From Vicugna vicugna (taxonomy: Eukaryota), in NCBI GenBank assembly GCA_013265495.1, contig MU057701.1:868001-932000 (forward strand): 64,000 bases of DNA, given 5' to 3'. The notes under the pieces were generated by a model that searched no databases, was not told where the DNA came from, and was given only the letters and a program-made list of their open reading frames with translations. The position numbers and the translations under genes were made by a program. Positions 12,951 to 26,300 of the stretch are shown here, one piece after another; the first letter of the stretch is position 1; each line of letters begins with the position of its first letter.

Positions 12951-15200
12951 TGTTTTAATTAGGACCTTTTCTATTGCAAGTGACCAAATCAGCTTCAACT
13001 AGCTTGAGTAAAAAGGGAATTCAATTAGCTCATATAATTGGGAAGTCCAAGCCATCATCAGGCGTAACTGGACCCCCAGGTATCAAAACTCTTTCCGTTT
13101 TCCTCTTTCTGTCTCACCTTTTGGATCTGCATATATTTCTGTGTTAACCTCATTCTCTCCTGATACAGACAGGCTTTTTCCAAGTGGCAGGGAAGATGGC
13201 ACCAGCGGTTTGTATTCATATCTTTCCAAGGTCTGTGACCCAAAGGCAAGGCCCCTACTCCTGCTTCAAATCAAAAGTCCTTGAGGAAGGAATTTGAGTG
13301 GCCTATCTTGGACATATTGTTCCCACTCTTGTGGCCAGGGCAGGCAAGGTATTATGACTGATGGCTCCATCAAAAATACAGGATTTGAGTGAGGTCGGAA
13401 TGGTTTTCCGAAGAAAGAGAGATGCTGGTAAAGATAGGAAACAGTAAACAGCCACAGTTCCACCCTAGCTCAGCACAGACGTATGTATTCAAATTCAGAA
13501 ATGGCTTCTGCCAAACATAATGCAAAGATCTGAAGCACAACTGAAAAAATTTTCAAAAACTTCTCTCCCAGAAGTACATCTGATGATTTTAATTGTTTTT
13601 AGGATTTCTGTGTGTTCTGTATTATTTTTGATTACATCTGGATGTGGCTTGGCTCGATCTCATAATTTATGAGCCAAATTATGAATTTAACTACTTGTAA
13701 CTCTCATTATTCTGATGGTGGACAATGTTCTTTGATAAATCTGGCTTCCACTGGTTTTCTGGGATGATGGAAGTGAGACACTTATGGGAAGATCCCCCTT
13801 CTGGAGGCCATTCTGCTACAACAGCCTAGATCCAGCTGCCTTCTGTCAGGGATGGGCTGCTGGAAATTGCTGTAGGTTTGAATAATTATACTTTCCAGTT
13901 TGACAGGTTTGGAGTTTTTCTGGCAGTAACACCCCCTTATAGATTGCCTAGATAATCTAGGTAGTACCTAATGCCCAGAAACTTGGCTCAGGACACCTGA
14001 AGGTAAACCCCCTCTATTTGCCCAGTTTGTCTGCTTAGCAGACTGGCCCTGGCCCTCAAGTGAACAAAGTCTGGCTGGGCCCCTGCCTCCTGATAACATT
14101 AAACAATGAGCTACAGAGGTTGGAGTAAAAGCTGCTCTGTACTCTGCCTGCAGGCTGTACCACAGTGATTCGCTGCTTTGTAACTGAGGAATATGGCCTT
14201 TGGGCAGGAGGCGTGTGTAGTGACCTCCACCTCAACCTTGTTCCCTTTCTCGACTTCTTTTGGTCTTACCCCCAGGGATGAATTTTCTGCTCCTTTCCCT
14301 TCTTTGCACCAAATTTAGCGAAATTGCAAAGGACTGACTCTCAGCAGTGGTGGATTGTTGGTTCTAAATTGAGGGGCTTCTTTTTAAAAAAATGCAGTGC
14401 CATTCCCTTTCTGCTTTTAGGAAGTCTGACCTAGACCAAATGATGTCGAAAACGTCTTTATTGTAGGATTTCAAAAGTGGTCCCAACAAGTAGCCACTGT
14501 ATTTCAACATGTTGGCATCAAAATCCAGCACGGGTAGAATCATGGTATGAGACCCAGGAGAAAATTGTTGATAATCTAACCAACTGCTTTGCTACCACAC
14601 ATCAATCGAAGGTTATTGGCTTTCCAGCCTGGATGGCAAGATACTCAGGACTCCTGCTCCATCTTGGTGTAGTCAGTGCCGTATTTTGAGGCCAAAATCT
14701 TAAAATACTCTACTGGGTTATTTAGAATTTGTTAGTTGCAAGGGACAGAAATCTACCAGACTTGCTTAAAAAGGGAATTTTGTTGGCTCCTAAAATTGAA
14801 AAGTCCAGAGGCAGTGACAGCATTGGGTGTGTTACTGGACCCTGGGAGCCAAAAGAGGAGGTCATGGGTCTTCCTCTCAGATGCTTCCCTGCTCTGGGAT
14901 GGGCTTATTGTATTGCTGAAAACTTTCTCCATGTTGTGGGGTCAACGTAGCCAAACTTAATTTATACCCTCTTTGCTCGCTAATACAAAAAGCAAGACTG
15001 TTTCTCCAGCTCCAGACTTTAAAAATTGAAATAGGATGCTGGTTGGCTTGGACCACATAGCCAGTCCTGGAAAAGTCACTGTGGACAAGATTCTTGATTT
15101 GCAGCCCTAGCAGAGTCACATGATTGAGGTGGGGGGAGAGTTATCTCCCCAGAGTAAAGAAGGGGTGTTGAACACATAAAGTTAATAGATGTTTCCTGTA
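12951..15200 (-). mobile_element. ERVL-MaLR (MLT1-type) element: LTR ~12951-13465, internal ~13466-14713, LTR ~14714-15200
   Basis: Two related direct repeats (TTGCAAG.GAC...AAAAAGGGAATT...GCTC...AATTG..AAGTCCA) about 1.76 kb apart; resembles the MLT1 LTR consensus from memory. Confidence 0.65.
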
Positions 15201-16092
15201 TTGTCTTAACTTTTACATTTTTCAAAATTGGTAGCCATTTTCCACAGTTTAATTGTTTCCTCTACTCAAAATGTCATTTTTATAATATGTAACAGTAAAT
15301 TTTCTGTTTGGTTTTTCATTTGCCAGTGCCACACTGTCTTAGTTTTTAAAAGCTTTACATTAAAAAAGAAAAATGAGATCCTGTTCAACTATCTGGCCAA
15401 TGGAAATTGGACAGAGATGCAGTAGTTTTAGAATGTATAGAAGTTTTCAGCTGAAGTGAGATTCATGAAAAAACAGAAATGCTTCTTGGCAGTGAAATCC
15501 ACCACTTTTAAAAATTGAAATCCTGTGAAAATGTGAGAGACCTTTATTATGTTAGAAACAAAACTAATGCAGTTGATTTTCACATGTACAGTTACTTGCA
15601 CACACAGATAGTTTCCTTAAGAGAAAATTCACTTGGCATTTATGTTTATAAGCTTTAAACTATTAGGTGTTTAAATAAAATTTCAATAGAAATCTTTCTA
15701 AAATTAATTATATCCTTTACTTTTAATACAGAAATCCATATGAATATATAAGGCAACATTTTATTAGTGTGCTTTTTGAGTTATTATGTCTGTTACTTGC
15801 AAATTTGTAGCAACCCTTTCTCTTTTTTGGTAAATGAACTTTGAAACAGGTAACCTGGCATGTTTGAATTTTCTGTAAAATAATAAATGATTCACAGTAG
15901 AATTCTATATACTTTCTTCTGAGTAAAACCTTTAAGAATTAATACATTTTTTTGGCTGTTCAAGGACTTTTTCTGTTTATTTTCTGGATCTTAGATGTCC
16001 ACCAGATAGTAGTTTTGGGTAAGTAGCGTGTTATTACTATATATAGTTTACCTACTGTTAGCAGTTACTTTTGACTTTTTATTTGGTAACAG

Positions 16093-16280
16093 GTGATTTC
16101 AAATCAGAGAAGTCTAATGGGGAAATAAGTGAGTCTCCTGGAGGTGGAAGAGGAGCATCTGGTTCAACTCGAATCATCACCCGGTTACGGAATCCAGACA
16201 GCAAACTTAGTCAGCTGAAGAGCCAACAGGTGGCAGCCGCAGCCCATGAAGCAAATAAATTATTTAAGGAGGGCAAAGAG
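16093..16280 (+). CDS. BPTF: BPTF exon, 188 nt (GDFKSEKSNG...FKEGKE), phase 1-0
   Basis: taacag|GTGAT acceptor, GAG|gtgtgt donor; inside ORF 16071..16346. Confidence 0.92.
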
Positions 16281-16462
16281 GTGTGTTCTTTCTGTTTGAA
16301 ACAAAATCCTCTGGAATGTAAAATAATTTTATTTATTGTACCTTAAAAATCAGGGCAGGAAGTTTGTAGATTACTTATGAACTGTATTTTCTTGACTTCC
16401 AAGAGCGTGGTGGGTAACAAGATTGAAAGTGTTAGGTTCGTATCATGATAAGTATGGTCAGT

Positions 16463-16588
16463 GGGGAGGGTGTAGCTCAGTGGTAGAGCACATGCTTAGC
16501 ACACATGAGGTCCTGGGTTCAGTTCCCAGCACCTCCGTTAAAATAAATAAGTAAGTAAACCTAATTACCTCCTCCCCAAAACAAGCAA
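16463..16588 (+). mobile_element. tRNA-Ala-derived SINE (camelid Vic-1-like)
   Basis: GGGGAGGGTGTAGCTCAGTGGTAGAGCACATGCTTAGC...GGGTTCAGTTCCC head with A/B boxes, AT-rich tail containing AAACCTAATTACCTCC, degenerate TSD ATAAGTAT(G/A)GT. Confidence 0.85.
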
Positions 16589-17701
16589 ATAAGTATAGTT
16601 GTCAACCCACATTTCAGTCCATGCATAGAAATATTGATATATTTGATATATTTCCTTACCCCATGGTTAGTTTTATTGTATGTAATTCTTAAGAGCGAGA
16701 AGCCTTTTTTTTTTTCCAACGTATGGGAAGGAGTGGGCTCTTTGTGGGTTTTATTAAGGACTTCATGCTCAGTGCTAGCTATGATCATTTTCAGTGAGCC
16801 TGCAGGTAAAGGATGGGACTGCCCCTTGAAGGCAGTTACAGTGTGTAGAACAGCACAGCACCTCAGCTCGGATTATGAACAAAAGACTGAGCATTTGGTA
16901 ACCCAGACAGCCGTAGTGATAGAATAATGGTCACAATTGTGTCTCTCAGATTTGAGAATTATTTGCAGGGTAGAAGTGCAGTATACAGTGTCTTTACCAT
17001 CATGGACTCGGCTTTAAGGCAGCAGCTTTCAAGCTGCTTTTTCACCCTGACCCTCAGTTGGGCACTTCTCAGAGCAACCCAGTACACACATTCAAAAGTT
17101 CCCTGAAATAGTATTTTGCCTTACTAAGTAGGAAGCACTCTGGTATTTTCTTTTCTCCTCTAGTCTATTGTATTATATTTAATTTTTTAAAAAGCTGAAT
17201 AAGGCCCACTATGGATTTCACAGTCCACTAAAGGGTTGGAATCAGCTGTTTGAAACACTATTTCACTGTGTCCACGGGCTCTCATCTTAAGCTGGAAAGA
17301 TAAAAGGAGCAGAAGAAAAGGTATTTTTAGGAATATATTTTTGGGGGAATAGTACATGTAATGCCCTCTTTTGTCCCTAACTCGTATATATTATAAGCTA
17401 AAAATAATGATTGGCAAGCAATTTACATACTACACATTTAGTTCATGTGTTTATTTGAGACACATGAAAGTACTTAATAATGTCTGATGTATAATAGGCT
17501 CTTTATTAGATTAGTTTTCTTTCTTTTTGCAGGCGTATCTTGGTTGTTTATAAACAATTCGCTTTAGCTTTTAAACTTCAAAAGTTTAGTCATAAGATGT
17601 ATCTTAACTTATTTTGAATGATAAATTACGATATTAAAAGATAGTTGATCAAATGTACATATTTGATATGAATAATGGAATATTTTAATTTTATTGGTCA
17701 G

Positions 17702-18057
17702 GTACTGGTAGTTAACTCTCAAGGAGAAATTTCACGGTTGAGCACCAAAAAGGAAGTGGTCATGAAGGGAAATATCAACAATTATTTTAAGTTGGGTCAA
17801 GAAGGGAAATACCGCGTCTACCACAATCAGTACTCCACCAATTCATTTGCTTTGAATAAGCACCAGCACAGAGAAGACCATGATAAGAGAAGACATCTTG
17901 CACATAAATTCTGTCTGACTCCAGCTGGGGAGTTCAAATGGAATGGTTCTGTCCATGGGTCCAAAGTTCTTACCATATCTACTCTGAGACTGACTATCAC
18001 CCAACTGGAAAACAATATCCCTTCATCCTTTCTTCATCCCAATTGGGCTTCACACAG
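17702..18057 (+). CDS. BPTF: BPTF exon, 356 nt (VLVVNSQGEI...NWASHR), phase 0-2
   Basis: ggtcag|GTACTG acceptor, CACAG|gtaaac donor; inside ORF 17675..18061. Confidence 0.95.
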
Positions 18058-18550
18058 GTAAACGAAGCTAAAGGTTATTTATTGCTGTGAGTATAGTAAA
18101 TATTTATAAAATGATTATTGCAGCTGCGCTCTTTAAACTGTCATTATTAATGAATTGAATGAAGTCAGTTTAGTTAGCAAAACACTGGGGATGTTAGGGA
18201 TATGAACGTACTTGCAAAGTTCCTGAGCCAGCATTATTAGCTATATTTGATATGTTTCTGGGAAGTGGAGTCTTTGTTCCTGGAACCAGGTGGAGGGCAG
18301 ACAAAGTTCCAGAACATTATGGAAGGTCTAAGGAATTGGAGGACTAACTGACTGCTGGGATTCCTTTCATTGTTCAAAATCAATTATTCTATGAGATAGA
18401 GACTTCCAGTAGCAGTTTATTTTATACCTGTTTAGCCTAGAAACATATGCCCTGTAAGATGAAGTCATCATAAATCACAACTCTTGTGCTTTTAATTTAA
18501 GATCAACAAGGTGAAGTCTTGTTTTTTTTTTTTTTCCTTCTGAAATATAG

Positions 18551-18682
18551 GGCGAATTGGATCAAGGCTGTTCAGATGTGTAGCAAACCCAGAGAATTTG
18601 CATTGGCATTAGCTATTTTGGAGTGTGCAGTTAAGCCAGTTGTGATGCTACCAATATGGCGGGAATCTTTAGGACATACCAG
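18551..18682 (+). CDS. BPTF: BPTF exon, 132 nt (ANWIKAVQMCSKPREFALALAILECAVKPVVMLPIWRESLGHTR), phase 2-2
   Basis: Long T tract then aatatag|GGCG acceptor, ACCAG|gtaagt donor; translated by hand. Confidence 0.95.
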
Positions 18683-20713
18683 GTAAGTGAATTCTGAGCC
18701 TTGCGAATGGTGTGTTAGACTCCCTCTGGAAATGTTAGTCTATGAATCATGAAAGTTAATCTGTTTAGAAGGCCGTATTAAAGACTTAACTCTTCTTGAC
18801 TTCATTTTCCTCCTCTATAAGATGTAAACATAAATGAACATTAGTTCTTATTTATGATATAGGGTTGTAATGAAGATCAAAAAAGATCAGGTATATGAAA
18901 CTTAAAAGTAGTTTCTAAAATAAAAAACATTTTTATTGAATAGGAAGAATGCTCATATTTTTTGAATATTTATTCTAGAATGTGCTAAGCATCTGATTTA
19001 TTTAGAGTTGAGTGTCTGGCCAGGGATCATGCTGATCTGTGTGACTTTAGCAGATGGTTAGCAAAAGAGAGAAGTGTTGTGATTTGAGCCTACTTTTTAG
19101 CCCTAATGGAGTTTTTTTTTTTTAACTTTAATCTTTAAAAAGTTATTATTACAAAAAATAATACGAGCTTATGGTAAAAAAAAATTATTATTCAATGTGA
19201 AAAATAAGAAACAGTCTTACCTTCCCTTCCCCTCTCCAGGGCCCACTCCAAAGGTATACTGCTGCAATTTTTTTTTTATATGAATGTATTTTGTGTTGCC
19301 TTCTACCTCTGTGTTTTATCTTATGAAAAATTTTCAAGAAAAGTAAATACGCCTACTAAATATTTGTCATCTGCCAAGGGTTGCTCTCAGTTTTCTGTAG
19401 TGTTTCCCTCCATTAATATAATGGATACTTTTTTCTCTCTCCTTTCTCCCTCCTATTTTGAATGTAATGCTACTACCAATAGAAGCTTCCACAAACAGAA
19501 TAGACTTGATTCTCCTGGGGTTAAAGAAAACAGGGTTAAGTTAAGGTGCTATGGACAGTGTGCCCCGGGAGAGGGGAGCTAGAGGGTGGCACACCTTTAT
19601 TGTCCTCACTGTTGTCATTTCTCTGGCAGGGAGAGCAAGGGGAGAGTCAGAGGCAGATGGGAGGCCTGTGTTTCTGTTTTTTCTTCTTGCCTTTACCTCC
19701 AGACTTGCCCCAAACTGTTCTGTCACAACATTCTCCTATTCAGTGCTCATCCTGAAACTTGTGTTGGTGGTCTCTGATGGCAGAGATTAACACTTTGAGA
19801 GCTAAAACTAAGCTACATGTTGCCAAAGAAAACTCTAGGACTCAAATGTAACTAAAGTGACTAAATCATGCCTTTTATAAATTTGTTTCTAAATATTAAA
19901 CATTCTAATGAAAGATGCAATTCAGGTTTTGTAAAAACATCAGGTTCCCCCCCCTTCCTGGTTTTTCATTATGACTAGTCTTAAACATGTTACAAGAGTT
20001 ATAAAATTATATCATGAATTGTATTAGTATTACACATCTAGTAATATGTATGAAAGAACTTTTTTAAAAAAATATGATGAGATCAAATAGAATACTCTGA
20101 ATTTTTAAAAATTAGAGACTATGATTCAGGAAAATTAGAAGTTAATATAAAGACTTCCACTTTTGGCACTACTGTGGTCACACACATTTAGGTGACAGTC
20201 TTCTAAGACTTGACCCTAAGGAAATATCTAGAAATTCCACCAAATATTTTATTCATAAAATGTTTGCTTATTGTGATATTCAGTAGTAAAGATTTGACAG
20301 CAGGATCTTTTTTGAAAAAGTGGTAATAAAGTCTTTGTTGAAAAACATTAAAGAATACTTAAATAAATGGAAATATATCTCATGTCCATGTATAGGAAGT
20401 CTCAGTGTCTTGAAAGTGTCAGTTTCCCTCATGTTAATACACAGAGTACAATCACTTTAATAACTGTAGTTGGCCTTTATATAGAATTTCACAAGATAGT
20501 TGAAAAACGTATATGGAAAAGGGCAATAACAGAAAAGGTAAATTTGAAGGACAAGGTGCAGAAGGATTTGCCCTCACACGTAACAGAACTTACTTGGTAG
20601 CTGTAACACTGTGGAATAAGCAAATAGACCAGTAACTTCTAAATGTGAAAATCAAAACTTTTAAAACTCTAAGAAGAAAATTAAGAGATTGTCTTTATAA
20701 CACTAGAGCAAAG

Positions 20714-20839
20714 GTTCTCTCCTTCCTCCCTCCTCCTCTCCATTCCCTTCCTTCCTTGCCTCTCTTTCCTTCTTTCTCCCCCTGTTCCTTTTATACTTCC
20801 TTCCTTTTTTCTTTCTTCTGATTGTTTTCTCTCCTTCCT
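20714..20839 (+). repeat. CT-rich low-complexity polypyrimidine tract
   Basis: About 125 nt almost entirely C/T. Confidence 0.85.
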
Positions 20840-23204
20840 AATTCATTCAGTATCTCCCCAAACGTACCTAAGGCGGGTATGTTTATTTCTTCCGTTTATA
20901 AGAATATTATCTATCAGATTTGAATGCATGTACATGTGTATATCTGTGTGTCTGCATATACTGCAAATGACCTTCTTTGTGTTTAATATGTAATACATAA
21001 GATTGCATGTAATATATAAGCTATAATAGATAATAATAAAATGAACACCTGTGAATTCACCACCCGGTATGAAAATAGCATTATCATTGTATCTACTTTC
21101 CATTCACATCACTTTGCCTTTCTGGAGAGATAATCATAATTTTTACATTTATGTTTTGTCACACCCTTCCTTTTACTGTGTAGTTTTATTACCTATGTAT
21201 CTATCAGTAAATAGTGGATTGTTTTCTGAGTTTCATAATAGGGTATCATCCTGAAAGACTGAATCATAGACTGGTTGAAGGTATTTTTATTATTTTATTT
21301 TAATAGAATCAAAAAGGGCTAGTATACACAGTATATTCAAGAACTTCTATAGTTTAGTACGAAAAAAAATCAAACCAATTAGTAGAAAAGAAGACCAGAG
21401 GTATGAACATAATTCAGAGAAGAGGAGACACAAATAGCCAAGAAACATGAAAAGATGTTTAACCTCCCTTTTAAGGTGGGGGAAAGCACATTAAAAGTAG
21501 GGGCTCTTATTTCATATCCATTAAATTGTGAAAAATTTGTGATATAATAGGAAGGGAATTCTGATACATTGTTGATAAAAGAGCTAAGTGCTATAACCAT
21601 TTTAGAAAACAATTTCTTAAAAATAAAAGTTGAGAATGCAATTCTATTCCTCACTTAATACCTGAGCGAAATCTTACGTCTATATGTGAGGAGTCATGTA
21701 AAAAAGATGTTTCTTATAGTGTGGTGAAATTGGTAATAATTCCTAAATGCCCATAGTCAGGCATGTTTAAATTGGTGTGGCTCTTTAATAGACTGCTATA
21801 TAGCAGTAAAAAAAACTAGAGCAACGTGAGTCAGTGAGATTGAATCTCAGAAATGTGTAACACAGTAAAACAGTTCTTTTCCTAAAAAATACATGTAGTA
21901 TGAGTCTGTGTATATAAAGTTTAAAAGCTTCTATGCTAGCTAATATAATCTTATAATATTGTTTAAGGATGTAGACATTGGTGGTAAAAGTTTAAAGAAA
22001 GACAAGGGCTGTATGCTTGACACTTAAGAAATACACTTTTAAATAAATAAATGATCAAAGGAAAATCATAATGGAAACTAGAAAACATTTTGAATGACTG
22101 TTCACGAGAATACGACATGAATTGAAATTTGTGGGATGCAACTAAAGACTACCCAGGGAAAATTGGTAAGCTTTCAACGCTTATACTGAAAAAGAAAAAC
22201 TGCAGATTAATTAGCTAGGCATGCATCTCAAGGAGTGAAACCAAAGGAAGGAAATATTGACAAATACTGGATACTAAACATTTGATGAAATAGTAAGCAG
22301 TCGTACCTTAGATACTAGTATAACTTACAAACCTCTGATGAGATTATCAGGAAAGAGGAGAAGGACAAAGAACAAATAACCAGTATCAAGAATAAAAAGG
22401 GGGGACACACCAAACGTTGTTTCTGATTCTCTCTCACTGATACTGGAGATTTTACGCCTTCAGAGTCCACTAACATAGTATTCAGGCTTCCTACGTCCGT
22501 AGGGAAAGTGTCTTACTGGGCTCCTCCTCTTGGGTGGGGCAAGGGTTGGGGAGGAGGAACCCCGCTGACCCCAGCCATTGGACAGTAGGGCATAGGCCAT
22601 GCTCTATTCTCAGGCAGGAAAAGGATTTCAGGTTCAGTTTGAAGGCTGTTACTGCATCTGTCAGTAAGGAGATGGGCAGGACCAGATGATTTCATAAGGA
22701 AGTTCTTCAAATTTTAGGAAACAGATAGTTCTATTTAAACTGTTACATAAAATAGAAAAAGAAGGAAATCTTGTGCATTGTTATTTCTGTTAGTATAAAA
22801 CTTGATAAATAGAAGTAGATAAATAGAAAATTATGGCCCTGTCTCCTTTGTAAATATTTATCATTGATTAATAATTAATAGCAAATAGAAGCATATTCAA
22901 GAAATCTTAAATGAAACATTAGCAAATATATTCAGAAGTAAATAAAAAGAATAATAAATCATTACTAAATTGGATCCCCCTAAGTGTGGAAGATTTGTCT
23001 ATTCTCAGGAGATTATTAATACCATGCTATTTTAAGAAGTCAAAGAAAGAAAACTAATTATCTCATTAAATGTCGAGGAGGTATTTCTTTATTGAGAAGA
23101 TATAAGTCCATTATTAATTCTTTGTTTTAAAAAAACTTAATTAAATAGATATAGATGAATGGCTGTTTTTTTGTAAAGCTGTGTTTCAAATCAAACCATC
23201 ACAC

Positions 23205-23342
23205 TTTTTTTTTTTTGCGGAAAGTGGGAGTTAAATAGATATATTTATTTAATTATTTTTTTAAATGGAGACACTGGGGGTTGAACCCAAGACCTTGAGC
23301 ATGCTGAGCATGCGCTGTACCTCTTGAGCTATACCCTCTCCC
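23205..23342 (-). mobile_element. tRNA-Ala-derived SINE (Vic-1-like)
   Basis: Reverse complement of the same head, poly-T at the left end, degenerate TSD CCATCA(CA/TG)CTTTTT. Confidence 0.85.
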
Positions 23343-26300
23343 CATCATGCTTTTTGATTGAACTCTTGAAGCATTCCTATTAACATTTAGGATGCCTACT
23401 GTTACTGCTATCTTTTAACTTTTCTTAAAAGTATTATTTAATGAATTTTACCAAGTGAAATAAAATGTGTATATATTAGTAAATGTAGGAACAATTCTGT
23501 GTAGTTGATCTAATTACAGAAGACCTAAGAAGACTAACCAAAAAATTATACAATAATATGAAAATTAAATAAGGTGGCCACCATACTGAGGAATAGGTGT
23601 CATACATACAAACAGTAACCATGACAAAAAATTCAGTGGGATTTCTGAGTTAAAATAACAAATTGAGTAAACACGTTTAGTTTTGCTCCCTGCTGAACTT
23701 ACCAAAACTGTGACAAAGGGATTTCTTCAAAGCATAAACCCACAGGGGCAAGGGGAACAACAGAGAATACAGCACCAGTAAGACTGTGAAGCAGTACTGC
23801 AGGTGGACGGATGGTCTCCTACCCAAGAAGGCCAAATCCCAAGTCAGCGCAGGAGAACTAAGAATTTCCACCTGTGACACCATAGAATCCTCGAAAGGCA
23901 GGAAAGCAGGAGGTGCAGTGCAGCCCACTTCAGAGTCCGTCTCTGGGCTGCACTTGTTCACACGCAGTCCTGCCAGGTAGCCTGAGAGTGGTGAGCCCAC
24001 TGTCTTCTGGGCCTTGCTTATGCCCTTGCCCTCTGATTTCATCGTAAGAGGTTTCTTAACTTGTAAACTGTGATCTAGAGACAAGTTTATTTTTTCCTGT
24101 GACCCTTCTTTTGATAATGACAATATTGCTCTTGCTTGTGCCGCTAGTTTTATTCTTGCTATTGAGTTTTCAAAAGCCAAACTTTATACTGGTTGGGATG
24201 CACACATAGATGGTAAAACTGTAAAGAAAAGCGAGGAAATGAGAACACAGTAGTCAAGATCATGACTACCTGGGGGTGGGACACCCTAGCTTTGGATGTA
24301 GTGGATATTGGTAAGTTTCTGTTTCTTAACCTGGTTACAATACATATTTTTAAAAATTATAATGAAGAAAATGTCCCAGCAACAATAAAACACGTCAAAC
24401 AACCAAGAATAAATGTGACAAGAAATATTCAGGATTATGTAAATAAATCATCATTAACTTTACTAAAGATATAAGGATACTTCGAGTAAAAGAAAAGACA
24501 CCTCACATGCTTAGGCATGTATATTACATTTTCTAAAGATGCCATGCAGTATATTAATTCGTCTATTAGAATTAATAATCATTTATATTGTGAGTAGGAG
24601 TTTTCCTCTTTGGGGGCGGGGCAGGGGGTTTGACAAAAATGATACTAATATTTCACCTAGAAAAATTAATGCAAGAAATGGGAAATAGGTAATAGAAAAT
24701 AAAGCAGATAGGTATTAAAATGTGTTTTGAAGCACAATAATCAGAATAAATTTGTGCTACAGAAGAAGTAGAGCAGTGGAATCAAACAGAATCCGGAAAA
24801 AGACCTGAACCCATGAGGGAATCTGCTCTGACAGCACTGCCTGTCGGAGAAGGAAGGAAGGAGCATGCCATCCGGATTTCTGCCTCGGCCAAAACATTCA
24901 GATAAACGAGGATTTAAAAAAAATTTTTTTTAATACTCTTAAAAACAATAACAAAAAAAACTTAAGAAAACATGGATTAATTTATGTTTTTGTTGTGATA
25001 CTTTCTTTTCAAACAGATGTAAAGGCCAGATGCCATAGAGGAAAAAAGTGGATATATGTATTTAAAGTTCTGAGTGGAAAAATAATATTATAATCAAACT
25101 CAAAAGACAGATGACAAACTGAGGAAAAAAATTTGCGCCACAAATGGAAAATTTCCTTTTATTAAATGAAAAAGACCTTTTATAAATGAAAAGGACTAAT
25201 AGTCCATTACAGACAAGACAAAGGATTTGAACAGGCATTTGGCAGCAAAATAAATATGAAAGGCCAGTAGACATTAAAAAAATGGTTACTTCTCTCATAA
25301 TTAAAGAAATGTAAATCAAAACAACGATACAGTATTTCTTATCTCTTAACTGGGGTAATAATTTGGAAGTTTCGTACTGACTTGAGTGAAGGTGTGGGAA
25401 AGCAGGGTGGCTTTATAGTTGATGGCAGTGTGAAGTGTACGGTTCTGAAGAGCAGTTGGGCACCATTTGTTGGCATTTTAAGTATAATAGTCTTTGGACT
25501 CTGTTGTACCACTGGGAAACATAAAGAGATACTCCTCAAGTTTACCAAGACAGACATAAACCATTGTTTCCTGTAGCTTTGTTTGTAATAGGAACAGAAA
25601 CACAACAAAACCCTGTGCACCACGTGGAGGACAAACAGGAACAGAGTGGAGGCTCAGTCCACACTCCTGGTCCGGCTCTCTGTTGACTTGGGGCGCGTGG
25701 AAACACCTGCCACCTGGTGCGCCCGCCAACACAGAGCAGCATCTGGAGGCTGTGTGGTACCAGCGCGATGGAACTTCCTTCCTGGGGCCTCCAGGCTGCT
25801 AGCAGTAGCCGAGATTTCTGCTCAACCAAGTGGGATTGAACTCCTTCAGAGCTCACTTTTCTTGCTGCTTTTTCTCATCAGGATTGTCTTGGAGGTAGTG
25901 AGAACAGTAGAATTTACTCTGGGATAGCTAACATCCCAGATTAGCTACAGTACTCCCCACACTGGCCTGGCATCCTCAACAAAGTGAAGCCTTTGTATTT
26001 GGTGATGAAAGTGGACCTGTTTCCCGGGCAAACACCAAGAGCACAAACTGAGTGCCCAGCTTAGCCGTGAGTTCCCAGAGTGTCACTGCACTGGTGTGCT
26101 CCCCACACAGTGCTCTGTTCCTGGCCACCATCAGCAAAGTTGCTGTGCCGGACCTGGCTTTGGGTGTTTGAAGCTGAGCCCACAAAAACTCTGTTGAGAA
26201 GTACTACTTGGTCCTGGCTCAGTCACTCCCTCTTGACCCTGGTGAGCTGAGGCTGTCAGGTCATCCACCATGCTGTGCCTACAGAGCTTGCCCCATTGCC

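Larger units (their letters stand above)
19800..25640 (+). mobile_element. Patchwork of degraded sense-oriented L1M fragments (approximate)
   Basis: A-rich ORF2-like pieces such as AAATAAATGGAAATATATCTCATGTCCATG, AAATTTGTGGGATGCAACTAAAG and GGATTTGAACAGGCATTT. Confidence 0.5.

Noticed and set aside
17021..17260. Possible hAT-Charlie MITE
   Set aside because: Ends resemble Charlie-type inverted repeats but are too degenerate, and I found no 8-bp TSD
23677..24180. 167-aa minus-strand ORF
   Set aside because: No recognisable protein; lies in degraded repeat-like intron sequence and begins at a non-ATG codon
25918..25947. Hairpin TCTGGGAT/ATCCCAGA whose loop (TAGCTAA) is complementary to the adjacent TTAGCTA, suggesting a pseudoknot
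   Set aside because: No linker between the two stems, so both cannot form together; short enough to be chance or a micro-inversion scar
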